DNA of 64,000 nt, taken from contig JAFEBQ010000004.1 in the NCBI GenBank assembly GCA_018242585.1, positions 35,558 to 99,557 of the forward strand, written 5' to 3'. Source of the stretch: Planctomycetota bacterium. GTDB lineage: Bacteria > Planctomycetota > Planctomycetia > Pirellulales > PNKZ01. A model generated the notes under the pieces. That model had not been told where the DNA came from. It searched no databases and worked only from the letters and a program-made list of their open reading frames with translations. Made by a program: the position numbers and the translations under genes. Shown here piece by piece: positions 1 through 8,140 of the stretch; the stretch's first letter is position 1; each line of letters opens with the position of its first letter.

Positions 1-1
1 G

Positions 2-1096
2 CCGTGGGAGTTCAAGCCGCGCGGCCAGTGCGGCACGATGGTCAGCGATCTGTTCCCCCACGTGGCCGAGTGCGTCGACGAGATGGCCATCGTGCGGTCG
101 ATGGTCTCGAACTTTTCGGAGCACACCGCCGCGAATTACTTCATGCACTCGGGCTCCGGTCTGCAAGGGCGGCCCAGCATGGGAGCCTGGGTCACCTACG
201 GCCTGGGGAGCGAGTGCCAGAACTTGCCCGGCTTTGTCGTACTCGATTGCGCGCAGATTCCCCCCGGCGGCGCCGATCTGTTCAACAGCGGCTTTCTGCC
301 GGCCAGCTATCAGGGTTCGTTCTTCCACGCCAACGCGCACCCGGTTGCGGACCTGAAGCGCGACGAGACAAGCGACGACTTGCAGCGGCGCAAGCTGGCC
401 CTGGCCGCGCGGATGAATCGTAATCTACTCTCCGCCACCGGGCACAATGATGAGGTCGAAGCGGCGCTGGCCAACTACGAGTTGGCTTTCAAAATGCAAA
501 CCACCGTGCCCGAGCTGGTCGACCTCGGCGGCGAAAGCGAGGCCACGCACAAGCTATACGGGCTGGACGAAAAAGAGACCGAGCAATTCGGGCGGCAATG
601 CCTGATGGCGCGGCGGCTGGTCGAGCGCGGCGTCCGGTTCATCGAGCTGCTACCTCCGCGGATCAACGGCGACCGCTGGGACCAGCACGGCAAATTGCGC
701 GACGGACACGAGCAAAACGCCCGCCAGACCGACAAGCCCGTCGCGGCCTTGCTCAAGGATCTGAAGTCTCGCGGCCTGCTGGACAGCACGCTGGTAATCT
801 GGGGTGGCGAGTTCGGCCGCACGCCGATGGCCCAGGGGAGCGACGGGCGCGATCACAACCCGTTCGGCTTCACCATGTGGCTGGCCGGCGGCGGGATCAA
901 GGGAGGAACGGTCTACGGCGCGACCGACGACTATGGCTATTACGCGGTCGAGAACAAGGTCGAGGTCCACGATCTGCACGCCACGATGCTCCACTTGCTG
1001 GGGCTCGACCACAAGCGAAGCACGTACCGCTTTGGCGGCCGCGACATGCGCCTGACCGACGTGCATGGGGAAGTAGTGAAAGGGATTTTGGCATAA
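2..1096 (+). CDS. DUF1501 domain-containing protein (sulfatase-fold family), 5' end cut by window edge
   Basis: Frame is open from nt 2 (PWEFKPRGQCGTMVSDLFPHV...). It is collinear with the C-terminal ~365 aa of the complete paralog at 4737..6179. Shared blocks: SDLFP, SMG.W.TYGLGSE, NLPGFV, FGRQCL.ARR, WGGEFGRTP, HDLHAT.LH, RLTDV.GEVVK. Stop TAA at 1094-1096. Confidence 0.9.
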   Translation, partial: PWEFKPRGQCGTMVSDLFPHVAECVDEMAIVRSMVSNFSEHTAANYFMHSGSGLQGRPSMGAWVTYGLGSECQNLPGFVVLDCAQIPPGGADLFNSGFLPASYQGSFFHANAHPVADLKRDETSDDLQRRKLALAARMNRNLLSATGHNDEVEAALANYELAFKMQTTVPELVDLGGESEATHKLYGLDEKETEQFGRQCLMARRLVERGVRFIELLPPRINGDRWDQHGKLRDGHEQNARQTDKPVAALLKDLKSRGLLDSTLVIWGGEFGRTPMAQGSDGRDHNPFGFTMWLAGGGIKGGTVYGATDDYGYYAVENKVEVHDLHATMLHLLGLDHKRSTYRFGGRDMRLTDVHGEVVKGILA

Positions 1097-1147
1097 CCGG
1101 AATGTTTGTATTGATCTGCCCGAGTTTCCGCCCGCTACAATTCCCGC

Positions 1148-1315
1148 ATGGACACGTTCATTCTCAAATGCCGGAAGTGCGGTCTGACCTTGATCGGCAG
1201 CACCAAAGAGCCACGCACCGGCCAGCTCAAGCCGCAGCCCTGGCTGTGCGCCGAGTGCGCGAAAAAAAAGCCAGGGACCGAGGCCGCGAAGATGCTGTCG
1301 AAACAGAAGCAGTAG
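1148..1315 (+). CDS. small zinc-ribbon-like protein (55 aa), not in ORF track
   Basis: ATG at 1148, TAG at 1313-1315. Product: MDTFILKCRKCGLTLIGSTKEPRTGQLKPQPWLCAECAKKKPGTEAAKMLSKQKQ. It has two CxxC pairs (C8/C11, C34/C37) and a Lys-rich tail. Codon third positions are mostly G/C, as in neighbouring genes. A perfect 23-bp inverted repeat starts 5 nt after the stop. Confidence 0.45.
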   Translation: MDTFILKCRKCGLTLIGSTKEPRTGQLKPQPWLCAECAKKKPGTEAAKMLSKQKQ

Positions 1316-1319
1316 TACC

Positions 1320-1384
1320 CGTAGGTCAGGCCTTGGCCTGACGAATGGTGGCCACAACCATGTCAGGCCAAGGCCTGACCTACG
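1320..1384. terminator. perfect 23-bp inverted repeat (hairpin), probable terminator / REP-like palindrome
   Basis: CGTAGGTCAGGCCTTGGCCTGAC (1320-1342) and its exact reverse complement GTCAGGCCAAGGCCTGACCTACG (1362-1384) are separated by 19 nt containing GTGGCCAC. There is no T-tract, so a terminator role is only inferred from position. Confidence 0.5.
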
Positions 1385-1413
1385 AAACTGACCTCAAATG
1401 AAAAGACCATAGC

Positions 1414-1499
1414 GGGTGCCATGCTCAAGTCAGCAGACTTGAGCATGCGAATCGCCACAACGACATGCTCAAGCCTTGGGGGCCTTGAGCATGGCACCC
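1414..1499. repeat. nested palindromic repeat cluster (ATGCTCAAG / CTTGAGCAT arms)
   Basis: Local hairpins ATGCTCAAGT(1421-1430)/ACTTGAGCAT(1437-1446) and ATGCTCAAG(1465-1473)/CTTGAGCAT(1484-1492) are enclosed by GGGTGCCATGCTCAAG(1414-1429)/CTTGAGCATGGCACCC(1484-1499). A further GC hairpin follows: CCCCCGGCG(1529-1537)/CGCCGGGGG(1541-1549). Confidence 0.55.
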
Positions 1500-1763
1500 G
1501 TTCTGATGGATGGCGCACCGTTGTTCGGCCCCCGGCGGCTCGCCGGGGGCTAAAGTCTCGATGCGACGATTGGCGTAACGTCCTTGGCCAAACGCAATTC
1601 CCGAGCCCCTAATCCCTCGCCCCTAGCCCCTCCTCTCCCCCCCGCCTTAACCTCAATCGCGTTGCAATCTTGGGGCTCCTCGGATAGGCTGTTGAGTGGC
1701 GTCGGGCACCGGCCCGGCGCTCCCGCCCCACTCGGCTTCTATCCCGTCAAACCTGGCCCGCCG

Positions 1764-4679
1764 ATGATGGATCGTCCCTGGCGATTCACCGCTGTCGTTC
1801 TTGGCCTGTTGCTCTCGGCGCTGGCGCTACGCGCCGATGATCCTGAGAAACGTGATCCGAAGCCTAGCGACCCCGCAAAGCATGACGCCGAAGGGCTCGC
1901 CTTCTTCGAGCAGAAGATTCGCCCGGCGCTGGTCACCCACTGTTACGAGTGCCATTCGGCCCAGAGCAAGACGCCCAAGGGGGGCCTGCTGCTCGATAGT
2001 CGCCAAGGGTTGCTGACCGGCGGCGACTCGGGCCCCGCGCTGGTGGTGGGCAAGCCGGCCGAAAGCCTGCTGCTTCAGGCGATCAAGTACGAAGGGATCG
2101 ACATGCCGCCGAAGGCCAAGCTGCCGGCCGAGGTGGTGGCCAACTTCGAACGTTGGATCGCGATGGGGGCTCCCGACCCGCGCGAAGGCAAGGCGCTGAC
2201 CCGCGGACAAATCGACATTGAAGCCGGCCGCAAGTTCTGGTCGTTCCAACCGCCCCAACGTCGCCCCGCGCCGACGGTGCAACAAGCCGACTGGCCGCGC
2301 GGCGAGGTCGATCGCTACATCCTCACCCGACTGGAACAAGCCAAGCTGAAGCCAGTGGCCGACGCCTCGCGCCGGGCGCTGATTCGCCGGCTGTCGTTCG
2401 ATCTGATCGGGCTGCCGCCGACGCCGGCCGAGATCGAAGCCTTTGAACAAGACAAGTCCCCCGACGCGGTCGAACGGCTGGTCGATCGATTGCTGGCGTC
2501 GCCGCAATTTGGCGAACGCTGGGCCCGGCACTGGCTCGACGTGGTCCGCTACGGCGAGTCGCTGACGCTGCGTGGGTTCATTTTGCCCGGCGCTTGGCGG
2601 TACCGCGATTACGTCATTCGGGCCTTCAACGAAGATCGGCCCTACCATCAGTTTGTGCTGGAACAGATCGCCGGCGACCTGCTGCCCGCCAACGATGTCG
2701 ATACGAAGCAGCGGCAACGGGTGGCGGTGTCGTTCCTAGCCTTGGGGAACACCAACCTCGAAGAGCAAAACAAGAAGCAGTTGCGGATGGACGTGGTCGA
2801 CGAGCAGCTCGACACCATCGGCAAGGTCTTCCTGGGCCAGACGCTGGGCTGTGCCCGGTGTCACGATCACAAGTTCGACCCGATTCCGACCCGCGATTAC
2901 TACGCGCTGGCCGGCATTTTGCGCAGCACGCGGACCCTGCACCACGCCAACGTGTCGAAGTGGCTCGAAACGGCCGTGCCGCTGCCGCCGGACCAATCGG
3001 CGCAGTACGACAAGGCCGACGCCGAGATCAACGCCTTTGAGTCGAAGCTGCAAGCGGCGCGCAACAATCTGACCTCCATGATCGCCGTTCACGATGAACA
3101 GGCTTCGCCCAATGACAAGCCCGAGGCGCTTCCGGTCGGGGACTTGCCGGGCGTGGTGGTCGACGATGCGCAAGCCAAGGCGGTGGGCCAGTGGGTTCAG
3201 TCGACCCACTATCGCCGCTTCGTCGGCAGTGGCTACTTGCACGATGGCAACAAGGACAAGGGCAAGAAAACACTCACGTTCGTCCCCGACATCACCAAGG
3301 CCGGAAAGTACGAAGTGCGCCTGGCGTACACGTCGGACCCGAACCGCGCCACGTCGGTCCCGGTGACCATTTTCTGCGCCGACGGCGAAACGACCGTCCG
3401 CGTCAACATGCGCCAGGCCCCTGACCTGGACGGCCGCTTCGTCTCGCTGGGCACCTACCAATTCGAATCGAACGGCCAAGGTTTCGTCATCATCTCGAAC
3501 GAGGGGACCGACGGGTATGTCTGTCCCGACGCGGTGCAGTTCGTGCCGTTCCAGTCGACCGACAACTTGATGAAGCTGGTCAAGACCAAGTTCTCCGACA
3601 ATTCGCCCGAGGACGTTCGCCAGGCGAGCGACCGGTTGCAGTCGATGGAAAAGGAAATGACCAAGCTCCGCAAGGACGCCCCCAAGCGTCCCACGGTGCT
3701 GACGGTCGAGGAAGAGTTCCAGCCCGAGAACGCCCGGATTCACGCCCGTGGCAACGTGGCCACGCTGGGCGATGAAGTGCCTCGCGGGTTTCTGCAAGTG
3801 GCCATGTCCGAGCCGGCAACGGAATTGCCCAGCGACGAAAGCGGCCGCCGGCAGTTGGGCGAGTGGCTGGCCAGCGCCAAAAATCCCCTGACGGCGCGCG
3901 TGATGGTCAACCGGGTTTGGCACTGGCTGTTCGGCGCTGGCCTGGTGCGGACGACTGACAATTTCGGCGCTGCGGGCGAGTTGCCGTCGCACCCTGAACT
4001 GCTCGACTACCTGGCGACGCGTTTTGTCGACGAGGGCTGGTCGATCAAGAAGCTGGTCCGTGAGTTGGTCCTGTCGCACACGTACCAGTTGGCGACGACG
4101 ACGGACAAAGCCGCCTTGGCCGCCGATCCCGAGAACCGGCTGCTGTGGCGGTCGAATCGGCGGCGACTCGACGGCGAGTGCCTGCGCGACGCGATGTTGC
4201 TGGTTAGCGGCCAATTGGACGCGAGCCCCGGCGAATCGCAAATCCCGGCCAGCGCCTCGTCGGACTATGGACTCAAGCTCGAGAACAATCGCCGCAGCAT
4301 CTATCAGCCCATTCTGCGTAACGCCCTGCCCGAGGTGCTCGAAGTGTTTGACCTGGCCGATTCGAGTTCGGTCACCGGCAAGCGAAACGTCAGCACGGTC
4401 GCGCCGCAGGCGCTCTTGATGATGAATCATCCGTTCGTGCTGGCCCAAGCCGAGCACGCGGCCAAGCTGCTGCTGAAAGAACCGGATCGCTCGCGCTCGG
4501 AACGGGTAACGATGATCTTCCAACGGGCGCTGGGCCGCGAGCCGACGCCGCGCGAGTTGGAGTTCAGCGAGAAGTTCGTCGGCCGCTTGCTCGACGAGCA
4601 AAAGGTCGCGCCCGAGGAAGCCTGGAGTCAGGTTTACCAGGCCGTGTTTTCGACGATCGATTTCCGCTATACCGATTGA
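1764..4679 (+). CDS. PSCyt1/PSCyt2(DUF1549)/PSD1(DUF1553) family protein with an inserted CBM-like domain
   Basis: Start moved to ATG 1764 (MMDRPWRFTAVVLGLLLSALALRADD signal peptide). The 60 codons upstream in the track ORF are Pro/Ser-rich and lie in a repeat-rich spacer. Motifs: CYECHSAQSKTPKGGLLLD (planctomycete cytochrome c, PSCyt1); DRYILTRLEQAKLKP...LIRRLSFDLIGLPPTPAEIEAF (DUF1549); CARCHDHKFDPI..DYYALAGIL; C-terminal DUF1553-like NRVWHWLFGAGLVRTTDNFG. Confidence 0.9.
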   Translation: MMDRPWRFTAVVLGLLLSALALRADDPEKRDPKPSDPAKHDAEGLAFFEQKIRPALVTHCYECHSAQSKTPKGGLLLDSRQGLLTGGDSGPALVVGKPAESLLLQAIKYEGIDMPPKAKLPAEVVANFERWIAMGAPDPREGKALTRGQIDIEAGRKFWSFQPPQRRPAPTVQQADWPRGEVDRYILTRLEQAKLKPVADASRRALIRRLSFDLIGLPPTPAEIEAFEQDKSPDAVERLVDRLLASPQFGERWARHWLDVVRYGESLTLRGFILPGAWRYRDYVIRAFNEDRPYHQFVLEQIAGDLLPANDVDTKQRQRVAVSFLALGNTNLEEQNKKQLRMDVVDEQLDTIGKVFLGQTLGCARCHDHKFDPIPTRDYYALAGILRSTRTLHHANVSKWLETAVPLPPDQSAQYDKADAEINAFESKLQAARNNLTSMIAVHDEQASPNDKPEALPVGDLPGVVVDDAQAKAVGQWVQSTHYRRFVGSGYLHDGNKDKGKKTLTFVPDITKAGKYEVRLAYTSDPNRATSVPVTIFCADGETTVRVNMRQAPDLDGRFVSLGTYQFESNGQGFVIISNEGTDGYVCPDAVQFVPFQSTDNLMKLVKTKFSDNSPEDVRQASDRLQSMEKEMTKLRKDAPKRPTVLTVEEEFQPENARIHARGNVATLGDEVPRGFLQVAMSEPATELPSDESGRRQLGEWLASAKNPLTARVMVNRVWHWLFGAGLVRTTDNFGAAGELPSHPELLDYLATRFVDEGWSIKKLVRELVLSHTYQLATTTDKAALAADPENRLLWRSNRRRLDGECLRDAMLLVSGQLDASPGESQIPASASSDYGLKLENNRRSIYQPILRNALPEVLEVFDLADSSSVTGKRNVSTVAPQALLMMNHPFVLAQAEHAAKLLLKEPDRSRSERVTMIFQRALGREPTPRELEFSEKFVGRLLDEQKVAPEEAWSQVYQAVFSTIDFRYTD

Positions 4680-4691
4680 GTGCATATTCTA

Positions 4692-4713
4692 CCCAGGGAT
4701 GGCTATCCCTGGG
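4692..4713 (+). other. intercistronic stem-loop between PSCyt gene and DUF1501 gene
   Basis: CCCAGGGAT(4692-4700) ggct ATCCCTGGG(4705-4713). It lies between the TGA at 4677-4679 and the ATG at 4737. Confidence 0.4.
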
Positions 4714-4736
4714 CTTTCATCGTGGAGCGCTTGCCC

Positions 4737-6179
4737 ATGTTTAATTCGTCATTCTCCCGCCGGCAGATGTTGCTGAACGCCTCGTGCGGCTTTGGCTACA
4801 TGGCGCTGGCCGGCCTGTCGGCCAATCGTTCGTTGGCGGCGACGACGAGCGCGGCGGCAGTCAACCCACTGGCCGCCAAGACGCCCCACTTTCCGGCCAA
4901 GGCCAAGCGCGTGATCTTCTTGTTCATGCAAGGGGGCGTCAGCCAGGTCGACAGCTACGACCACAAGCCCCAACTCGACAAGCTGGAAGGGGAGCTGATG
5001 TCGTTTGACGACGCCCGCGCCTTGGCCAACAAGGGAGTCCGCGGCGTCACGCAACGGGTGATGAAGTCGCGCTGGAACTTCGCGCAACATGGCGAGTGCG
5101 GCCGCTGGGCCTCGGACCTGTTCCCCGAGGTGAACCGGCATGTCGACGACTTGTGCTTCGTCCACTCGATGCACACCGAGGGGATCGCGCACGGGCCGGC
5201 CACGTTGTTCCTGCACTGCGGCGCCACCCAGTTCATTCGCCCGTCGATGGGCTCGTGGATCACCTATGGCCTGGGTTCCGAGAACGAGAACCTGCCCGGC
5301 TTCGTTTCCATTTCTCCCTCGAACGGCAACGGCGGCCCTCGCAACTATGGGACCGCGTTCCTGCCGGCGGTGTACCAGGGGACCGCGCTGGGCAAGGCCG
5401 GCGCGCCGGCCAAGGACGCCACGATCCGCAACCTGACCAACGCCGAGCTTGACCGATCGGCCCAGCGTCGCCAGCTCGACTTCATTCAACAACTCAATGC
5501 CGAGCAAGCGGCCGCCAAGCCGGGTGACAGCGAGCTTGACGCGGTGATCAACTCGTACGAGCTGGCCTGGCGGATGCAGCAGCACGCCCCCGAGCTGCTC
5601 GACCTGACCCAAGAATCTCCCGAGACGCTGGCCCTGTACGGCATTGGCGATAAGGAGACCGACAACTTCGGGCGGCAATGCTTGCTGGCCCGTCGCATGT
5701 GCGAAGCCGGCGTGCGCTACATTCAGGTCAGCTACGGTGACAACAGCGCGAACCCCGCCTGGGACCAGCACTCGAACATCGAAAAGCACGGCACCCACGC
5801 CAAGGCCGTCGATCGCCCGATCGCGGGCTTGCTGGCCGATCTGAAGCGGCGCGGGCTGCTGGAAGACACGATCGTCTGGTGGGGTGGCGAGTTCGGCCGC
5901 ACGCCGTACGCCGAAAAGAACGGCACCGGCCGCGATCATGACTCGGCCGGGTTCACGGTCTGGCTGGCGGGCGGCGGGTTCAAGCCGGGCTTCTCGTACG
6001 GGGCGACCGACGAGTTTGGATTCAAAGCGGTCGAGAACAAGGTCCACATGCACGACCTGCACGCCACGATCCTGCACCAGTTGGGGCTCAACCACGAGCA
6101 ACTGACCTATCGCTACGCCGGCCGCAACTTCCGCCTGACGGATGTGTATGGAGAAGTGGTGAAGGAAATCGTCGCGTAG
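4737..6179 (+). CDS. DUF1501 domain-containing protein with twin-arginine-type signal
   Basis: Start placed at ATG 4737 (MFNSSFSRRQMLLNASCGFGYMALAGLSANRSLAA, Tat-like SRRQML). Conserved DUF1501 blocks are as in the paralog at 2..1096. It sits immediately downstream of a PSCyt/DUF1553 gene, the canonical planctomycetal pair. Confidence 0.9.
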   Translation: MFNSSFSRRQMLLNASCGFGYMALAGLSANRSLAATTSAAAVNPLAAKTPHFPAKAKRVIFLFMQGGVSQVDSYDHKPQLDKLEGELMSFDDARALANKGVRGVTQRVMKSRWNFAQHGECGRWASDLFPEVNRHVDDLCFVHSMHTEGIAHGPATLFLHCGATQFIRPSMGSWITYGLGSENENLPGFVSISPSNGNGGPRNYGTAFLPAVYQGTALGKAGAPAKDATIRNLTNAELDRSAQRRQLDFIQQLNAEQAAAKPGDSELDAVINSYELAWRMQQHAPELLDLTQESPETLALYGIGDKETDNFGRQCLLARRMCEAGVRYIQVSYGDNSANPAWDQHSNIEKHGTHAKAVDRPIAGLLADLKRRGLLEDTIVWWGGEFGRTPYAEKNGTGRDHDSAGFTVWLAGGGFKPGFSYGATDEFGFKAVENKVHMHDLHATILHQLGLNHEQLTYRYAGRNFRLTDVYGEVVKEIVA

Positions 6180-6314
6180 CGACGATTGTCAGTAGTCAGT
6201 TGTCCGTGGTCCGTTGCACTCCATTGGCAACGCGTTTTGCAACTGACAACGGACTACTGACCACGGACATTTGAAGTCACCGCGTCACCACTTCTTGACC
6301 GGCAGGCACGCTCG

Positions 6315-7865
6315 TCAAACCTTCAGCAATTCCTTCGCCTGTGTATAACCTGGTGCCGCCTTGCCGTATTCGCTGGCGGTCACGCGGGCCAGGCCGGCCA
6401 GGTGACGCCAACGGAACGCCGGCCGCGCCAGGGCGAATTCCTCGTTGACGGTGCGGTAATACTTCTCGGCGTGCAGCGCCCCGTCCTCGCTGGTGGCGTA
6501 CTTCAGCAGCAAGTCGAACGCCGGCTGCGCGTCGGTTTGCGTCTGGGCAAAGCGAGCCGCCACGGCGCACGCCCGGAATTGATCCTTGGACGTGATCGCG
6601 TCGTCGAGGGCCTTCAACTGCGACTGCGGATCGCTCTCGGTCACGGCCGCCAACTGCTCGTCGGTCGGATACGGCTCCTTGTTCATCGGACCCGACTGGC
6701 CCGCCGTGTGGTACGCGCCGACGATCATGCTGGCCGCGGTGTTGCGCGGGCTGCTGACCCGGGCGATGTTGCGCCAGGCATTGGCCGAGTCCGAAGCGTG
6801 GACGCCGTACGAATCGCCGTGGACGCTCCCCACCGGCTTGTCGGGACGGGCTTCCTTACGGCCCGGATCGTGCAGCAGCAATCGATTGGCCGCCAGCGAA
6901 AGCGCCTCGGCAATCGCCGTCGGAGCGATGCCGTCGGCCAGGGCCGCCGCCGCCGCGTCGGCCGCCTGGGCCGGGCTGTTGCTAAAGATCGCGAGGCTGA
7001 AGCTTTCGACCCAGGCGTCGTCGGGCACACGTGTGCCGAGCGGCTTGCTGGCGAGTTGATATTGGTCGAACAGCTTGGGCAACTGGTCGCGAATGGCCGA
7101 GGTCTTGTACTTCCGCTCGTACATCCGGTTCTCGACATCCAGGCAGTATCGCAACGACTGCCGCAACAGGGTGTGGGCGAACTCCATGCCCGTCAGGTCC
7201 AGCGTCGACCAGGCCCGCCAGCACAACACCACGCGATGCACGTCGACTTCGTCCTGCATGGCGAATTGCAGGTGGTTGAACGCCTCGCCCGGTTCCTTGC
7301 GCACGTCGGCGGCAAAGGCCCGTTCGGCGGCGGCCACGTCCCGGTTGCGCGACAATTGTTGCAACGTCTCGCCGGCCGAGCGATCGGTCGGCAGATCGTC
7401 ATCGTGGGCGATGATCGTTTGCAGGATGTCCTTGCTCCGGCCGCCGTGGGCCTGAATACGTGTGGCGTTGCGGTGCAGAACCTTCAACACTGGCAAGGGC
7501 TTGAGCGCGGCCGGCAACTGGCGCGACATCTCGTACGCCGGCGCCAAGGCCATGAACGTGTGATAGCCGATGTAATCTTCGCCGCCGAACGTCCGGGCGT
7601 TGGCCAACGCGCCGGCCGCGACCAACGTCTTCAACTCGGTCCCCGAGTTCAGGCGCTCGACCAGTTGGGGCAGCAGTTTGTCAGCCGGCGACTCCTGCAT
7701 GAGGGCCACCAGCGGCTCCAAGCCGCCAAAGTCGAGCGTCCCGGCCGATTCGGCAGCCAGTGCCGGGGACAGCCCCATATCGACGGCCAATGAAGCGCCG
7801 ACGCTGGCCACCAACATGCTCCGCCCCACGTCGGTCAAAAACTCGCGGCGATTGCGCTGGGACAT
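6315..7865 (-). CDS. hypothetical exported protein with twin-arginine signal (516 aa)
   Basis: MSQRNRREFLTDVGRSMLVASVGASLAVDMGLSPALAAE at the N-terminus. Amino-acid composition is balanced, unlike the Arg/Gly/Leu-rich antisense ORF 6402..7793. No family recognised. Confidence 0.75.
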   Translation of the reverse strand: MSQRNRREFLTDVGRSMLVASVGASLAVDMGLSPALAAESAGTLDFGGLEPLVALMQESPADKLLPQLVERLNSGTELKTLVAAGALANARTFGGEDYIGYHTFMALAPAYEMSRQLPAALKPLPVLKVLHRNATRIQAHGGRSKDILQTIIAHDDDLPTDRSAGETLQQLSRNRDVAAAERAFAADVRKEPGEAFNHLQFAMQDEVDVHRVVLCWRAWSTLDLTGMEFAHTLLRQSLRYCLDVENRMYERKYKTSAIRDQLPKLFDQYQLASKPLGTRVPDDAWVESFSLAIFSNSPAQAADAAAAALADGIAPTAIAEALSLAANRLLLHDPGRKEARPDKPVGSVHGDSYGVHASDSANAWRNIARVSSPRNTAASMIVGAYHTAGQSGPMNKEPYPTDEQLAAVTESDPQSQLKALDDAITSKDQFRACAVAARFAQTQTDAQPAFDLLLKYATSEDGALHAEKYYRTVNEEFALARPAFRWRHLAGLARVTASEYGKAAPGYTQAKELLKV

Positions 7866-7946
7866 GGCGACGGTCTCCTAGAGGGAAAGAGTGGCTAGCG
7901 ATGCGGCGTGAAACAGTGATGCGATGCGATTCCAATGACTGGGTAG

Positions 7947-8071
7947 CCCTGACAATTCATTGTCAGGGTCGCGAACGCGACAAGAGGGTTCTGTGGCCGG
8001 CCCGCAAGCCGATTGACGCGGAACTCGACCCCCTCTTGTTGCTACGCAACCCCGACAACTAGTTGTCGGGG
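7947..8071 (+). repeat. structured intergenic element: two CCCYGACAA..TTGTCRGGG hairpins flanking a diverged copy of the 157-nt repeat core
   Basis: Hairpins ccctgacaattcattgtcaggg (7947-7968) and ccccgacaactagttgtcgggg (8050-8071). Long-range arms ACAAGAGGG (7980-7988) / CCCTCTTGT (8031-8039). The 17-mer TCTTGTTGCTACGCAAC (8034-8050) is identical to the minus-strand sequence at 61451-61467. Confidence 0.45.
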
Positions 8072-8140
8072 CCACCCAATTCCTCACTTTACATCTAACG
8101 ACTGGGTGTTACACGCCGGTTGGCCATTTCTGTCCCGGGG

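Noticed and set aside
598-1357. ORFs 598..1341 (+) and 650..1357 (-) overlapping the DUF1501 gene and the small zinc-ribbon ORF.
   Set aside because: Arg/Pro/Gly-rich, with no motifs. They are off-frame or antisense to a gene with clear family conservation.
1604-1647. C-rich tracts (1604-1647, and a similar one at 59420-59443), considered as i-motif or promoter elements upstream of + strand genes.
   Set aside because: There are only two instances, with no complementary G-rich partner at 1604-1647 and no positional consistency. I noted them as part of repeat-rich spacers rather than as functional sites.
1584-1763. N-terminal 60-codon extension of the PSCyt ORF (track start 1584).
   Set aside because: The extension is Pro/Ser/Ala-rich, is translated from the C-rich repeat tract, and precedes an obvious signal peptide starting at ATG 1764.
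1827-4685. Antisense ORFs 1827..2717 and 2736..4685 (649 aa) opposite the PSCyt/DUF1553 gene.
   Set aside because: Arg/Gly/Leu-rich antisense shadows with no recognisable domains.
4680-4736. GTG start at 4680 for the second DUF1501 gene.
   Set aside because: The first 19 codons are translated from the intercistronic hairpin. The Tat-like signal begins at ATG 4737.
4749-6101. 450-aa antisense ORF opposite the DUF1501 gene.
   Set aside because: A low-complexity antisense shadow.
6402-7793. 463-aa + strand ORF opposite the gene at 6315..7865.
   Set aside because: The composition is Arg/Gly/Leu/Val-rich and motif-free. The minus-strand frame has a Tat signal and balanced composition.
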